Shown here piece after piece: positions 24,001-38,300 of a stretch of DNA of 64,000 nucleotides; position 1 is the stretch's first letter, and each line of letters begins with the position of its first letter. A program made the position numbers and the translations under genes. Origin of the DNA: Oikopleura dioica (Eukaryota > Animalia > Chordata); NCBI GenBank assembly GCA_907165135.1, contig OU015566.1:12896001-12960000 (forward strand), written 5' to 3'. Below the pieces are notes generated by a model, which was not told the DNA's origin, did no database searches, and worked only from the letters and a program-made list of their open reading frames with translations.

Positions 24001-24671
24001 GGCTTATATCCCCTCGGATCATTTTTTCTGACGAAGTTTCTTGGCTCAAAAGTTCAGAATACTTTTGGTGGAGGCGAAGATCTGCGCCAGAAATAGATAT
24101 CCAAGCCTTTTGAGAGCAGATTTAGTGGGAAAGAAAACTTGACAGAGAGTCTTACCATGGGTCTGAGAGGATTTGGAATGCCCTTCAAAATCATCGGAAG
24201 AACCTTTTTCGAGTTCTTCTTCGAAAACTCGTGCCAGTCTTTCAATGCGTTTCCCCAGATTTCCCATTCATTATTAACAGCGCCGTTCATTTTTGGGATC
24301 TGAAAAATATGCTTGAGAAATGTGCGTTTTCCTTTTGCTCTGTATCTACTAGCTTTAACTGCAACTGGCCTTTGTTTACTACGTTCCAAACAGAGACGAC
24401 CTACCCGTGGCTTGTTTGCTTTATTACGCTCGATCTCTTCCTTTTTCTGATTGACAAGCCGTTGCTGCTCAATCGAGGACGCAGTCGTAGCATTGTGGAA
24501 ATTTTGCTCCTCAAGGCGTCGTATCAAGGCCTTCTCGTGGTCTGAGGGGCCGGGACTGCCCTTTGACGGTGGCTCAGACGGCTGAGGCACCCCGCTGAAT
24601 GAGCCCAGATTCAATTTTGCCAACATTGCTTTATTCGGGCTTGATTTTTTTCGATTCGTATTCAAGTTCAA
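21058..24671 (-). CDS. EVI5: EVI5-like TBC Rab-GAP with C-terminal coiled coil
   Basis: [78 protein letters not shown], then coiled-coil LRAENRNLNNRILSLEKENNTLAHNLIQ. Confidence 0.9.
21365..21645. mobile_element. MITE in the last EVI5 intron, rich in internal ttggtaat/attaccaa inverted repeats
   Basis: Perfect 19-bp inverted repeat cgctcgtctaaattaccaa (21370-21388) / ttggtaatttagacgagcg (21620-21638), with outer gggg/cccc ends. Flanks ttttctgc and ttttctgt match at 7 of 8 positions. Confidence 0.8.
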
Positions 24672-25110
24672 ATTCTAGTCGGAGTTTTTTATTGTAACAT
24701 AAGGTACAGGTAATTTTATGATTTTTTACTTCTTTCCCATGCGAATATTTTTCAATGAGAGAAACACCTTCAGAATTCATTTTAAATTCTTGGAAAAAAT
24801 CGTTGGTCCACAACACAAACTTGAAGTTTAAGCGGATTCATTTTATTTTTGAAATCCCGAAGAGACCTGGCTTTTTATGATGCTCATGTCCCGCAGAGTG
24901 ACCCAGATCAGCCTAAAATTCAGTTCTTCAAAATTTACTAATCAAATAATCGCTGGAACGACCCAAAATCTTTTGTCATCAAATAGCCCTTTCCTTTGGC
25001 ACTGGATCTGGGCGACTCCATCTTGCTTCTTTTTTGGACGTTTTTTATATACAAATATTCATTCTGAAAATAATCTATGAAAACATATGTATGTACATGA
25101 TTTTGTAATA

Positions 25111-26007
25111 TCACGAAGACAATTCGTCAAAGAAAATTTCCAACAGTTGTCGTCCCTTGCTCGGGAACCAAAATAATAAGAAAATCTCGAGAAAAGTAGT
25201 GCGATTAGTTGCCAAATAGTCTTGGCTATCGCCGCGCGTAGAATAGAGAAAGAAATCGTTGCATATTAGCGAAATGTCGGTAGTTTGTGTTGAGTCTTCT
25301 GTCGATTGACTCTTGTTGCTTGAATTTGCTTTATCACAGAATTTGGAACGGATAAGATAGATCAATTCGGAGAGGGGCATTCTTATCGAAACGCGTAGGA
25401 ACTAAAGACGATATGATAAGAGAGAAACGATAGCTGATTGGATTACCTTATCAGCGCCAGACTTTTGATTGACGATCCTCAGCCTCAACAGAGGATCAGT
25501 AAATTCGGACTGTTGCCAGAGGTTATTCTTGCGACTGTGCCAGACGCCGCCCTCGAGCGATACGCGCCGCAGGGTCGAGTTGAATTCATTCTCCAGCTTC
25601 GTTTCGACTTGTAAAACGCGCGGTACGAGCAAGTGAATAAGGTCTTGAAGAGTGCGGTCGTAGCGCAGGGCTCCTTCGGCGGACAAAATCACCTTTTCGC
25701 GGCAATGGGTTAACGGGCATTCTTGGTTTTGCTGAAGGATTGATAAGTAGACTGATGTATAATATAAGCGTACCTGTAATTTGCGGATAAGACAGGAGCG
25801 ACAAAAGACGTGAAGACATTCTGTGATGGCAGTAGCGTTGACTAAATATCCATTGCATATGGGACAGGCGAGGAGGTTGGAGATCGGGCTGAGCGAAACA
25901 CCCACATACTCCTCTTTCTTGTCCAGTTCTTTGATATCATCGTAGAGTTTGTTTAGGCGGTCGAGTTGGAGCTGCACCACTGGAGGGCGAGCCTCCCCAT
26001 TCGACAT
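25111..26007 (-). CDS. PCGF: Polycomb group RING finger protein (RING + RAWUL)
   Basis: [29 protein letters not shown]...ECP...[16 protein letters not shown], and a C-terminal exon [20 protein letters not shown]...DISLICND...FW. The paralog is not assignable. Confidence 0.88.
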
Positions 26008-26314
26008 CTACAGTTCTGAAACGAACTTTTTGAACTCGAATGTTTGTTGAAGTTTTTGAAGAAATAACGAAATGTGAACTTTATCAGTAAATGCTCGCAA
26101 AGAAGCATCGTAGCATTTTGCGAGATCGGCGAAAATGAAAAAAGTGCCGAATAAGGTTGGGTTGATGATAGTATGGTATCGGTTGAGGAATGGGCATGCA
26201 AAACCTTTCAAATACAATAACAACAATACACAGGGTGGACAGTTAAAAAGAAAGATTGACGAAGAGATGTAGTACAGTTTCAGTCAGAGTTTGTATTCAG
26301 CTTTTCTATTAGTT

Positions 26315-28328
26315 TTATTGAAGGATTTCTTGAAGACGAATGTTCAAATCGAGCCCTTGAAGAAGCCAGAGTTCGGCGTGGTCGTCCCGGTCAACTAGGA
26401 TCCCTGCAATGTCCCCGCCGAGGGGGATAAGTTTAATCACATTTGTCAAGGTTGATTTCTCTGAAGCGTCTGGTTTTGTATCGAAAAGCAAAGTAGGCTC
26501 TACCTGGCTCATTCACGGGCGAGAGCGAAAGTGCTGGAGCTTTGATCGTTAATCGCGCTAGAGGCGGAGATGGAACCCTGAATTGAGCTCTGGCGGTTTG
26601 TATGCTCTTTGCCACGTCTTCTGCAGCTTCCAAACCGCAATGCCTAATTCCAAGCAGCCTGCACTCTATATTTTTCCCATCACTTTTTCAAAGGAATTTT
26701 CAAAAGAAGTGGGATTCAAATATTTATCTTCTAATTCAAAATCGTTTAAAATTCCTCTCCTGATGGGTTCATGCTCAATCGGCTCCGGATAGTCCCAAGA
26801 AATTTCCTCGACAATGGATGGGTCGATCTCAGGCGAGCGTGTTTGACTCTGTCGCTCCGCTGGCGGGCTCAGCGGGGCATCAATCTTATCGGCGATTTGA
26901 GCGGCCGACGTTTTCAGGCTTGAAAAGGCATTCTTCAGATTACCAGTGATATTGGTGACCCAGTCGGATTGTGAGCCAGCACGGCCGCGAGTCAGCTGAG
27001 CGGCGACTTCGGGTGAGACCTTCAATGGGAATTAATTTAAAATCGATTAGTTTCGAACAAATTCGTACCTGCTCAACTCCTTGAACGGCCATAATGAGGC
27101 TATCAATCGTTGCGATCCATGCGTCGCCGGCCTCGAAGCTTTCCGCCTGGAAGTAGTATTTTCCTGATGGGGATGTAACAAGGAAAGTGTTTGCTCGATC
27201 GTCCACTTGACAACTCTAAAATAATCAATTAGAAACGACGAGAAAACAGCTTATTCCTACCTCGACTTTGGCTCCTTTAAAATCCATGAACAAAGTCGCA
27301 CTAATTTCATCTTTCGTCTGTCTCATCAAATGCCCATCTTGGATAAAGAAGAACATTCTCTGCCACTGGCTAAACGGCAAGCCCCTTGTCCGAAAGTTGA
27401 GCCATCCCCTTGGAGGCCCGTTTAGACCCGGTCCAAGGGTGTAATGAGCGCCCTGCAAAGCTGCAAGGACCGCTTGATTCAGTAAATTTGCTCTCTTGAT
27501 AGAATTTTGGACATCGACTTCTTCGATCAACGCGTCTGCTGAAATCGCACCAACATATTGGCCGAGTGAGTTACGGAACTCCGCCTGAAGATGAATCGTT
27601 AAACATTAACTATAAGCCAAAGTCAAGTCATTACCTGAAAGCCGGATAGCTGAGCACAAGCAACAAGAGCTTCAAGTTTAGTCTGATGAGCTCGTCCACG
27701 GGAGATCACAACTCGACCAGTATCTGCATTTTTCAAGTGACTAACGATAGCCTGAAAGTTTAAATGTTAAAAGCGTCGTCAATATTGGAGCAACTACCTG
27801 TTCGTGCTCGAGATCCGCTTCATGTGCAGCCTGAATGGCAATATTTAACGTTTTCAACCTCGACATCGCTTGCTGCAATCCATCTTCTAACTTCATCGCG
27901 CCGATCGTTCTAACAGAAGCGAAATCAGCCAGTATCTTCAAATCACTGTCTCCATACTCGACTCCGAGCTTTCCCATCGCTTCTCCAGCGGCTTTCTCCG
28001 CCTTGATGAGTTTATCAGCTTCGCGAGCGAGTGAATGAAGCTTGACAGTTTTGTCCACGCAGCGAGTCATCTGAAGCTGGAAAAGCGAGGCTGTAGACGG
28101 GTCTGGATCAATCAGGAGTGTGAACTTATCACCGTACATTTGGATCTCTTCTGGCTTCTTAGGAGCTTCCGGTTGTTGCTGAGATTCTTTTCGCTCCTCT
28201 GTGGGATGACTTTCAAGACTTGCATCACCGCTACTCTTTGGAATTTCGACAGACTCTTGCTGAGTTTGCTCGACTTTTTCTTCGTCAACAAGCTCTCTTG
28301 GCTTTTCTGTTGACTCTGTTTCCGACAT
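26315..28328 (-). CDS. APPL: APPL-like endosomal adaptor (BAR-PH-PTB)
   Basis: Helical BAR-like N-terminus (DPDPSTASLFQL...), PH domain (RGWLNFRTRGLPFSQWQRMFFFIQDGHLM...DDRANTFLVTSPSGKYYFQAES...AWIATI), and a PTB-like C-terminus (GSMEAAEDVAKSIQTARAQ). Confidence 0.7.
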
Positions 28329-28576
28329 TTTCTATAAAGAAGTTGATAAAAAAGGGTTTTTTTAATTAATATATTCGTTGAACTTCAACGGTTGAAGGTG
28401 ATCTTTGAACTAAAATCAAGGCAGAAGTAAATGTTTTTGAACGTGATAATTGGTATCCTAAACCATGGGACATGTCCGTTTTCATGTTCGATGAGCAGAA
28501 ATCAATGGAGATTGCAGTTACAGTACAGTTTGATTGCAACGCTTTTAGTTATTTTCTTTGCGACATATCTTTTGAT

Positions 28577-29653
28577 TTAAATAATGTATGGAATGATCGC
28601 AGTTCGGCCTCGTGGGTAAGCTTTGAACTCGGATTTGTATCGACGATGCTTGCCTTGTGCCCAGATGGTCATTTGCGCCAAGCCGCAGAACATAAAGATC
28701 ATCACTAGATCAGTTAAGATATCATTCCTTTGATAGATATCTACCTGCGAGACATTGAGTCATGATTCCAAAGGAAATCCACGCTCCTACTTCGTAAGTG
28801 TAGTTGGGGCATGAAACGAAGTGGTAAAGCAGGGTCATTGGGTTAGCATCAGGCTAAAAAAGGGCTTGGTTTGATAGAAAAGAGATGAAAGCGGGTACCA
28901 TGGGAATCTTTCGATCACGAGTTCCAGGGGGACGGAGGTTCTTCAGTAAAATGTGGATGGAGAAGTTTCCGAACTCGCAGATGAGAAATGCGATGAGAGC
29001 GAATTTTGTTTGCTGGGCACTTGGCGCTAGAAAGAGTTAAAGACTTTTCAAGGCGTATTAAGGAAGACCTGTGTAAAGAGGATGATTGATAAAATATGCC
29101 ATGAAAGCTGCAAATCCCCAGTAGTACGTGCAGTTCTTGAACAAGTTGCGAATGGGCATTGTCGAGTTCGAGAATCGATGAACAAAGATCGTCTCCAAAA
29201 GACGCTTGGCGTAGTGGAAGGAATGGCATGCAGCGGCGTATTTGACGACTTGATCCATTGGCTTATCGGCTGCTCCAGCCCCATAAATGATCTCTGGTCG
29301 GATGTAGAAAAGGAGGTAGATAAACAACGGGCCGGCGTATTCAGCAAGGAAGACTGTGCTCCATCCGATCTGGGGTCCGAGATCTTTGAAGTAAAGTTTT
29401 CCATCAATCCCGAGATTTTGCAGCTGTTCATTGTCTTTCAACGACTTTCCCTTCTTATCAAGCCGAAGACTTATCCTAACGCACCGTTTATTACCAAGAT
29501 AAGTGGAAGAACAAACCTTTCGACGTAGTATTTGGAATGTTTCTCTGCAATGCGAGCTTTGACATCCGCAATTGTAGCGTGAGATTGCAATCTGTCCACA
29601 TTGGCGATGATTCTACCACTTCGAGCATCCTCTACTTCCACGGAAAGACCCAT
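28577..29653 (-). CDS. TECR: Very-long-chain trans-2,3-enoyl-CoA reductase
   Basis: Ubiquitin-like N-terminus, then [58 protein letters not shown], ending [32 protein letters not shown]. Confidence 0.93.
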
Positions 29654-30556
29654 TCTACGTCGACGAGTTAAAAAATAAGCAACGATTTCTGTTAATTTTT
29701 TGTATAAAGAGCGTTACAGATGAGTAAATCAGACCAGACGGAATTTTTTTTCAATTTAATTAAAATGTAATATTGCATATTTCATAGAGGAAGGAAAGAT
29801 CAAAGGAAAAAATATAAGGGAAGAGAAAAAAATTCAGAACGGCGTTGTAAGGGACTGATTAGTTTGAAGAAGGATCGCTCGCGGCCAGAGCCGCTGCTAA
29901 AATTTTCCACCACCACTGGCTGGCCCGTTATTGAGCTCAAAAACGGGGCGGAGCTCAGTGTTGGCGAATACGTGTGTACACGAGTTAGGAGATATAGAAT
30001 GGACGTGGACATTTTTTTGAGTGATGTGAAGAAACATGTGAGAATTGAGTGATGCTGATGAACAAAGGAGTAACTTTAGTTTTACATGAAGGAAGGTCAT
30101 ATATTTGATTAATCCTCAAATCAAGCTACAAATTTTATTGACAAGTACTTTCAAATGGTTGAATGATTTCTCTCATTTAATTCTTTGCTCTTGAAAGACA
30201 AAAACCAACAACTCGAAAGCCATAAATCAATCAAACTTGCCGGGCTCGCTCACTTCCAGTTAAGAAAAACTGCGTAACGAATTATCAAATCAGTGGTTGA
30301 TTATTTTTTCTCCCTGCTCTGTCGTCATAAGATTGCACTACATGAATATAATATTGAGAGTCTGTTGCAAGCGGTGGTTAAAAATCAATGATCATCACAC
30401 GGACATGAATAATTATGAGAAAGTAAAAGGTCGGTAATTTTTTGCTGTTTGTAATAATGAAGCGTTCTTCTTTTATGATACGTAATATTGATTATATTTG
30501 AAAAGAACAAATTTAAGCTAGATCATGATGATGATGAATGTGTGTATGTTTTTTTA

Positions 30557-32123
<1,567 letters not shown>

Positions 32124-32377
32124 TTTCACTTTCTATTTCCTCACGTTCCCGGTCTGAAAATAATGCTCCTCTTTTAGTCCTACTTCGACTCTCCTAGGAG
32201 GATGATTTCGTCCGAGTTTTTGCCTGTTTGAGGCGCGCAAACAAATGACTAATGAAAGGTATAGTAGCCACGTAGCTAGGTAAGAATGTTGAGTGTGTAG
32301 TTGTGTGCGTGTTTTGTTGTCTGTCAAATAGTTAAAATAAATAAGTGAAGCTGTTTTGGTAAATGAAAATCGGTGAG

Positions 32378-35300
32378 CTAAAAAGAAGTAGTACAGCTAA
32401 GAGGGATCTGGGTTGGATAGGCTTGCAGCATATTTTATGGCAGTGGTGTTTTGGAAACATTTGGCTCAACCCGAAAAGATACCCTTCATCCCTTGTCGCT
32501 CGACAGATTGGCGGAGCCACTGCAGTTGCGGATTACTTATCATTGGCTGGTCCAGAGATCTCCAGTAGAGTGCTGAGAGTTCGACAGCAATTCTAGAGTA
32601 ACGGAATCGCGTGACAAACTCGATCATTGAATGATCACAAGATCTACTGTTGAGCTTTTTCTCGGCTAAACAAGATTAGCAAAAATGTCGGGCGGACTTG
32701 AATTTACCCATAAGATAAGCAGCAAATGCGGTGGCAGAAATCTCCTTTGACTGAATCAATGGCTGAAGCATGGTAACCAAGGCCGTGAAGTTTTCATTCT
32801 CAAGAAGAATCCAAGCGACGGTTTCGACTAAGCTCATATTTGGGCTCTCCAAAAGTTGTCGGCAAAGTGACATTTTTGACGAGTCCGGGAGTCGCTCAAG
32901 AATAGTTGGAAGAATTTGGACGTTTACTGGGAGGAATGGACAGTTGGAAAAGTGCTTCAACGCGAATCCGAACAAATTTGGAGCGTCCTTTCTGCGCATT
33001 GACCAGCTCAGAGCCTCCAAAGAGATGAACTCTTGATCCTGTTTCGCGACTTGTAGTGCGACTCCAAAGACCTCACTTAGATCACTCTCGTCATGTTCAT
33101 CGTACAGACGTTCAATGAGAATGAAGGAAAGCCAAATCCAAGGGACGGTTTCTTCACTAAGCTGGGAAGTCTGCGTGAATTTCGGAAGCGTTTCTGACAT
33201 TTCTTCCTTGAAGAATTTCGGGTAGTATCGCTCTAAGACTCCTCGAAGAAGAGCGCGAAGACTGACAGATCCTTCAGTCAAGGAAGTTTCTGTACCAACT
33301 TCGTAGAAAGGGATGATCATGTCTTCAATTGTCCTACAATTCAAAAGTAAGATAAAATAACTATTATATATATTTCTTACGATAAGGCGAATGCACAGAG
33401 CTCCTCATTCTCGACATCAAAAATGAATTTCCTCGCAACCAAGTAGGACATCTTCGGATGATTACTTAATTTACAAAGAGCTTCATTAAAAATTCCCATG
33501 GGCTCGACTCCCGGACAGCTTCCGACAAGCAACCAGACTAGCTTGCATTTTGATAGTTGCCTAGCAATAGAATGGGCAAACGCGGCGTGGCTTCCATCAA
33601 GAAGCACTAGAATCTCAAGCAAGGAAGTGACTAGATTTTCTGATTGCTCACTGTCGTCCCAGTTTGATACGGCGCGCTGGATGCCCTCGGAGATCTCTTC
33701 GAATACATCGCTCTTATTTATTGCGTCCGTGTTGTGAGTGAAAGGAGTAAGCTTTGGCGAGTGAATGGAGAATGACTCATGTGGAAAATCAAAGGTCAAG
33801 GGCACCTCCATTGAGAGATCGCAGGAATACTCCAATGGAAGGACTTTCATTGGGAAGGCATTAAACACGCGCAGATGAATAATTACGCACCAGATAAAGC
33901 ATTCAAATGAGCTTGGCAAATCGACGATATCAGGCAAACCCGATAAAAAGTCAGCGGCTTCGGATAAATTTGGCTCCATTGAATACAGAAATGCTCGATA
34001 AACAGCAGCATTGACGAACTCAAGATAATAACACTCCACGTCTCCGCTGCCTAATATTCTCGCTATATAACGCTCAATTGTTTTCGCTTTTTGCTTGGAG
34101 TTATTGATCCGATACTGCCAGAAATCACGATCAAGGGAGCAGTTGTCCTCGCAAAAGTCAATTACTTCCTCGAACTGAAGGCTCTCTGGCAGATTTAATT
34201 CAGAATGAAGCGCGAAAAAGTTTCTCCAAAGAGTTGAATTCGCCGGACTAGCTTCAAGTCCGTGGCAGATCGCGGCTAGAGCATATTTCGGACCATTGAG
34301 AATATTCGAACTCATGTATTTCTGAACAAGCTCAACAAGCGCTGGAACATTTTTAGCGTCATCTTTTGCTGTCGCTTCGAGTTCTTTGATAGAGCGCTCT
34401 AATTGCTCGTCGTAGAAATATCGCTCTTGTTGAGTAGCATGTTCGTCGTCTATGTATTCAGGTTGATTTTCGTCCTCAGGATAATCTGGCTGCTGCGCTA
34501 CTTTCGTCATTTTTCGAACGTTTTGCTTGCATTTGAATCCAGAGGATGCGTATTTAGAGACGATATGAGGCTCGTCTACGTTACTCTCCTTGTTGATTTC
34601 TTTGAAATAGAATTAAGCCATTGAAAACATGGAATAAGCTTACCTTCTACCAAAAGCACGCATTTCTGAGCCATATTGAGTTCAAGCTCCGACGGTAACA
34701 TTCTGTTCAAATACGCTTGAGTAGCTTTCAACTGATCGCTGTAATCAGTGAATGCGTCCATCTTGATAATGTCTCTGTTGTACGCGAGTAAATCGAGAAA
34801 CACTTCATGGCCTTGCATGGTTATGTCACGACGGTGCTGTCCTATGCATCGATCGTCGTTGCATCTACCAGAAAAGCTAAATTTTAAATAATAAATCAAG
34901 GTCGAAACTAGCCTCAACAAACCTATAACTAGGGATATCGCTTAAATTTCTAGGTACCCGAAAAAAGGGTCAAAATCAATTTTTAGATGGATGATCTAGT
35001 AGAACTTTTGACGAGGATTTCAATGCTGTCAAAATCATTTCATAAAAATCAGTCAGTTTCGTAAAAATGATGTGTCAGGGGGTGTTTTTTTCGATCAGGG
35101 TGAAACTTTCAAAATTTTGGAAATTGAAAATGCTAGACTAGCATAAATTTGGACGAGGATTCCAAATCTGCAAAAAATTTCACTGACGCACCTTGCAATC
35201 GCTAGAAATGAGTGTTCGGGAGTTGTTTTTTTCCTTCTCGACGCTTGTGGCGCTTTTCTGTTTTCAGCTGCGCGCTGATTGGTAGACGCTCCTGAGAGCC

Positions 35301-38300
35301 TTGCTCACAAAAATGCTCGAACAGGTTCAGCAAAATGATGATTTCTCGGGACTGAAACGTTGAAATTACATGATTCTTGGACCAAAAAAATTCTTGAAGA
35401 CCACTTTATCAAATTTGATATAAAAATAATGTTTTTTTGATTGCAAAAACCAGTAAATGACTTTCAATTATCGTTTTTCTTTCATGGTTGAGTAAATAAA
35501 AGGGCCAGAATTTCTGAAAGATAATCCTGAAGATGAAGCTGTATTGGTTGATGACGTGGTAAAGAGTTTTTTTGAGGTTGCATGAATTTGGAGTGTTTCA
35601 CTGATTATCTGAGCCATTCGCCTGTGGCGCGTTTATGTGGCGCCCTCTTTTGGAGAGCCGGGTGGTACTCATCTCGGTTTACGGCGCAGATTTTCATTTT
35701 ATATTAGAGCTTGAGATTTAAGAAAAAAATGACCGAAGGAGAAACACCCACCCCATCAGAAGGTTTGAACTTTTAAGCCCAAGTACATTTACGATAGCGA
35801 AAATGTTAAGTAAAGACATGATTTATGTAAGAAATATTTACAAATTTCATTTATCAAAATATTTTATTTGGGCTTAAAAGTTCAAACCTTTTTTTTCGAT
35901 TCTTCCTGCCATCAAAAAGCGAAGCACGCCCGACGATGGATCATGTGCTTCATAAGCGTAGCTGCTTTAATCTTGGGGATAATTGGTAAGTCAAAATCAT
36001 TATGATAGAATTTTTCGAACCAAAATAGTTTCTTGTTCAAAACCCGGTTAACTTTTACTTTAGAAACCGTTGAAACAGAAAATGCTCCTTGGACAATGAT
36101 GACAACAACTACAACGCCAACAACAACTACCACACGAGAGTTCATTTGCGGTCCCGGAGGCGCTTCCCGACAATATGCAATTTGGAGATTGAAAAATTGC
36201 TAAATTTCTTTGCCACTATGTCTTTTTATTACTGCTAATTGAAAAATATAATAATATCAATCATGGAATTTTTATCTGTCTATTCTTTTTGAGCAGCTGT
36301 TGGGTTAGGTAAAAGAAAAGATCAACGATGAGTAAAACGACGTGTTGGAATCTCCGGGTTTCAGCGGAGGGCGGACGGAAGTACATGGAAGACGTCACTG
36401 CGGTGCACTTTGAGCGAGTCAACTCTGTTACATTCGCAAGCTTCGCGTTCACACTTTTTCATCATTATTATATTGTGCTTCAGGATCAATTGATGGGATT
36501 CATCAAACGAGAGAAGGGTTTCTTCTCGACAAGATGTGATCTTGTGAAGAAGGCCATCCGCGCTGGATTCCTTGCTTGCCACGAAGCCATGGCTAAAAAA
36601 CTTCGTGAATAGCAATCAATTTGAAATAGAAATAAACGAGAGATAAATTTAATTATGCTGACTGGCAGAAAACAGTTTTGGGACATCCTTGTACTGCTGA
36701 GACCACGGCCGCACTAGTGATTATCCCTGAAAACAAACTGTACGTTGCTCCTGTGGGTGATTTGGCGGTGATCATGGGCATTCAAAGAGATGACGACGCT
36801 CTGCTGGAAACAATCACTTTGATCGAAGATCACAAACCAGAAAGTCTGAAAGAAAGGAGGCGAATAGAAGCGCACGGTGGCACCGTGATCAACAAGACCC
36901 GTGTCAACCGCGTTGTCTGGGAGAGCCCGAAGTTGAGCCACTCGGGAGCCGTCCGACGCTCTACAGAACTCGACGAAATCGCCTTCCTCGCCGTCGCAAG
37001 GAGTCAGGGTGATCTTTGGTCATGGAACACGAAAACCAACTCGTATGTGGTAAGTACTTCTCTTACCGCAAACAGAGCATGAAGAAGCTCAATTGACGAA
37101 AAAAACTTTCACGATTTTGCTCTGAATCCGTGTTCACGGTCGGATGATAAGCAAACGTTCCAATTTCTGATGAGCTTAATGAACATATAATTAAAAAAAT
37201 ACACCATGTTTCGGTAGTTTAAAAATTAATTTAGGTCAGTCCTGATCCGGATGTGGAAGTACACGACTTAAAAAATCAGGATCTCGCTTCATCATTTTGG
37301 CGTCGGAGTGAGTAACCAACATGATCAGATCACATGACGCGGTGAACATGGTCTCTGAGTTCGAGGCGCGAAAACGCGCGGCGAGGTTGCCGGAACATCA
37401 GCTCATGAACTGGCCAGAAACGCACTCAGAAGATGGTCAGAAAGGAACATGCGCGCGGACAACTCCTCGGCGATTGTCGTCTACATCGAAAAGAAAAAGA
37501 TGGAGCCCAAGAACTGCGCGTAGAGCTAGGAGAGCACGAACAAGAACCGACACGTCAAGACGCCAGTATCCGAGAAGATCGCTAGGAGGATAGCTCAACT
37601 GAGACCGCCACTTACGGGAGTGTCCCAGATCAAGACTGCTCCACTCAAGACGTCAAGAAAGAGAGTGACTACCGAGAACACTACCGAGAACGACTGGCTT
37701 CATATAATTTTTAGTTAAAAAAGAATCAGTTTGGGAGAAACTGAATTGTGCCACCCTGCGCCGCCCGGCTCGGCCCTTAACCAAACGGAATTCTAGTTCT
37801 TCTTTGGTGGTAGTTTCCCTTTTCCAATTATATTGTTAAACTAGAGATTGCTCACTAAGAAACAGGCTTCATAATAAGCCCCTTAACTCGATGATAGCTA
37901 AGTCCCAAAAAAATTGTTCGACCTAAAAGTTTGCGAGATCGGCGGTGAGGCACCCCTTAAGCGCGTATTTTCTGATAAAGAATTAATCGGGTCGGAAGGG
38001 TTCAACTCTCGCTCTGGTTCAGACCTGTTTCCTTGAACATGTTTGGGTCGGAAGCTTAAGAACCGAGCGACGCTAGACGGCGCAGAGCGGCGCAGGGCGG
38101 CGAAATTCAGTACACCTCATCAATATTATTTATTAAAATTTATTAAAATAAATAATTTATAGAAGCCCATTTAAGATAATCGGAATATTGAGAAAACGTT
38201 CAGCCATATAAAGCATATTGAAAATTACGACTTTCGATCCCAGAATATTAAAATATGGCGATCTGCGATAGCAAAGGTAATTGTGGCGAACACTCATAAC

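Noticed and set aside
26008-26226. ORF whose stop abuts the PCGF ATG
   Set aside because: No recognisable homology. The TAG is more simply the splice acceptor before the PCGF start.
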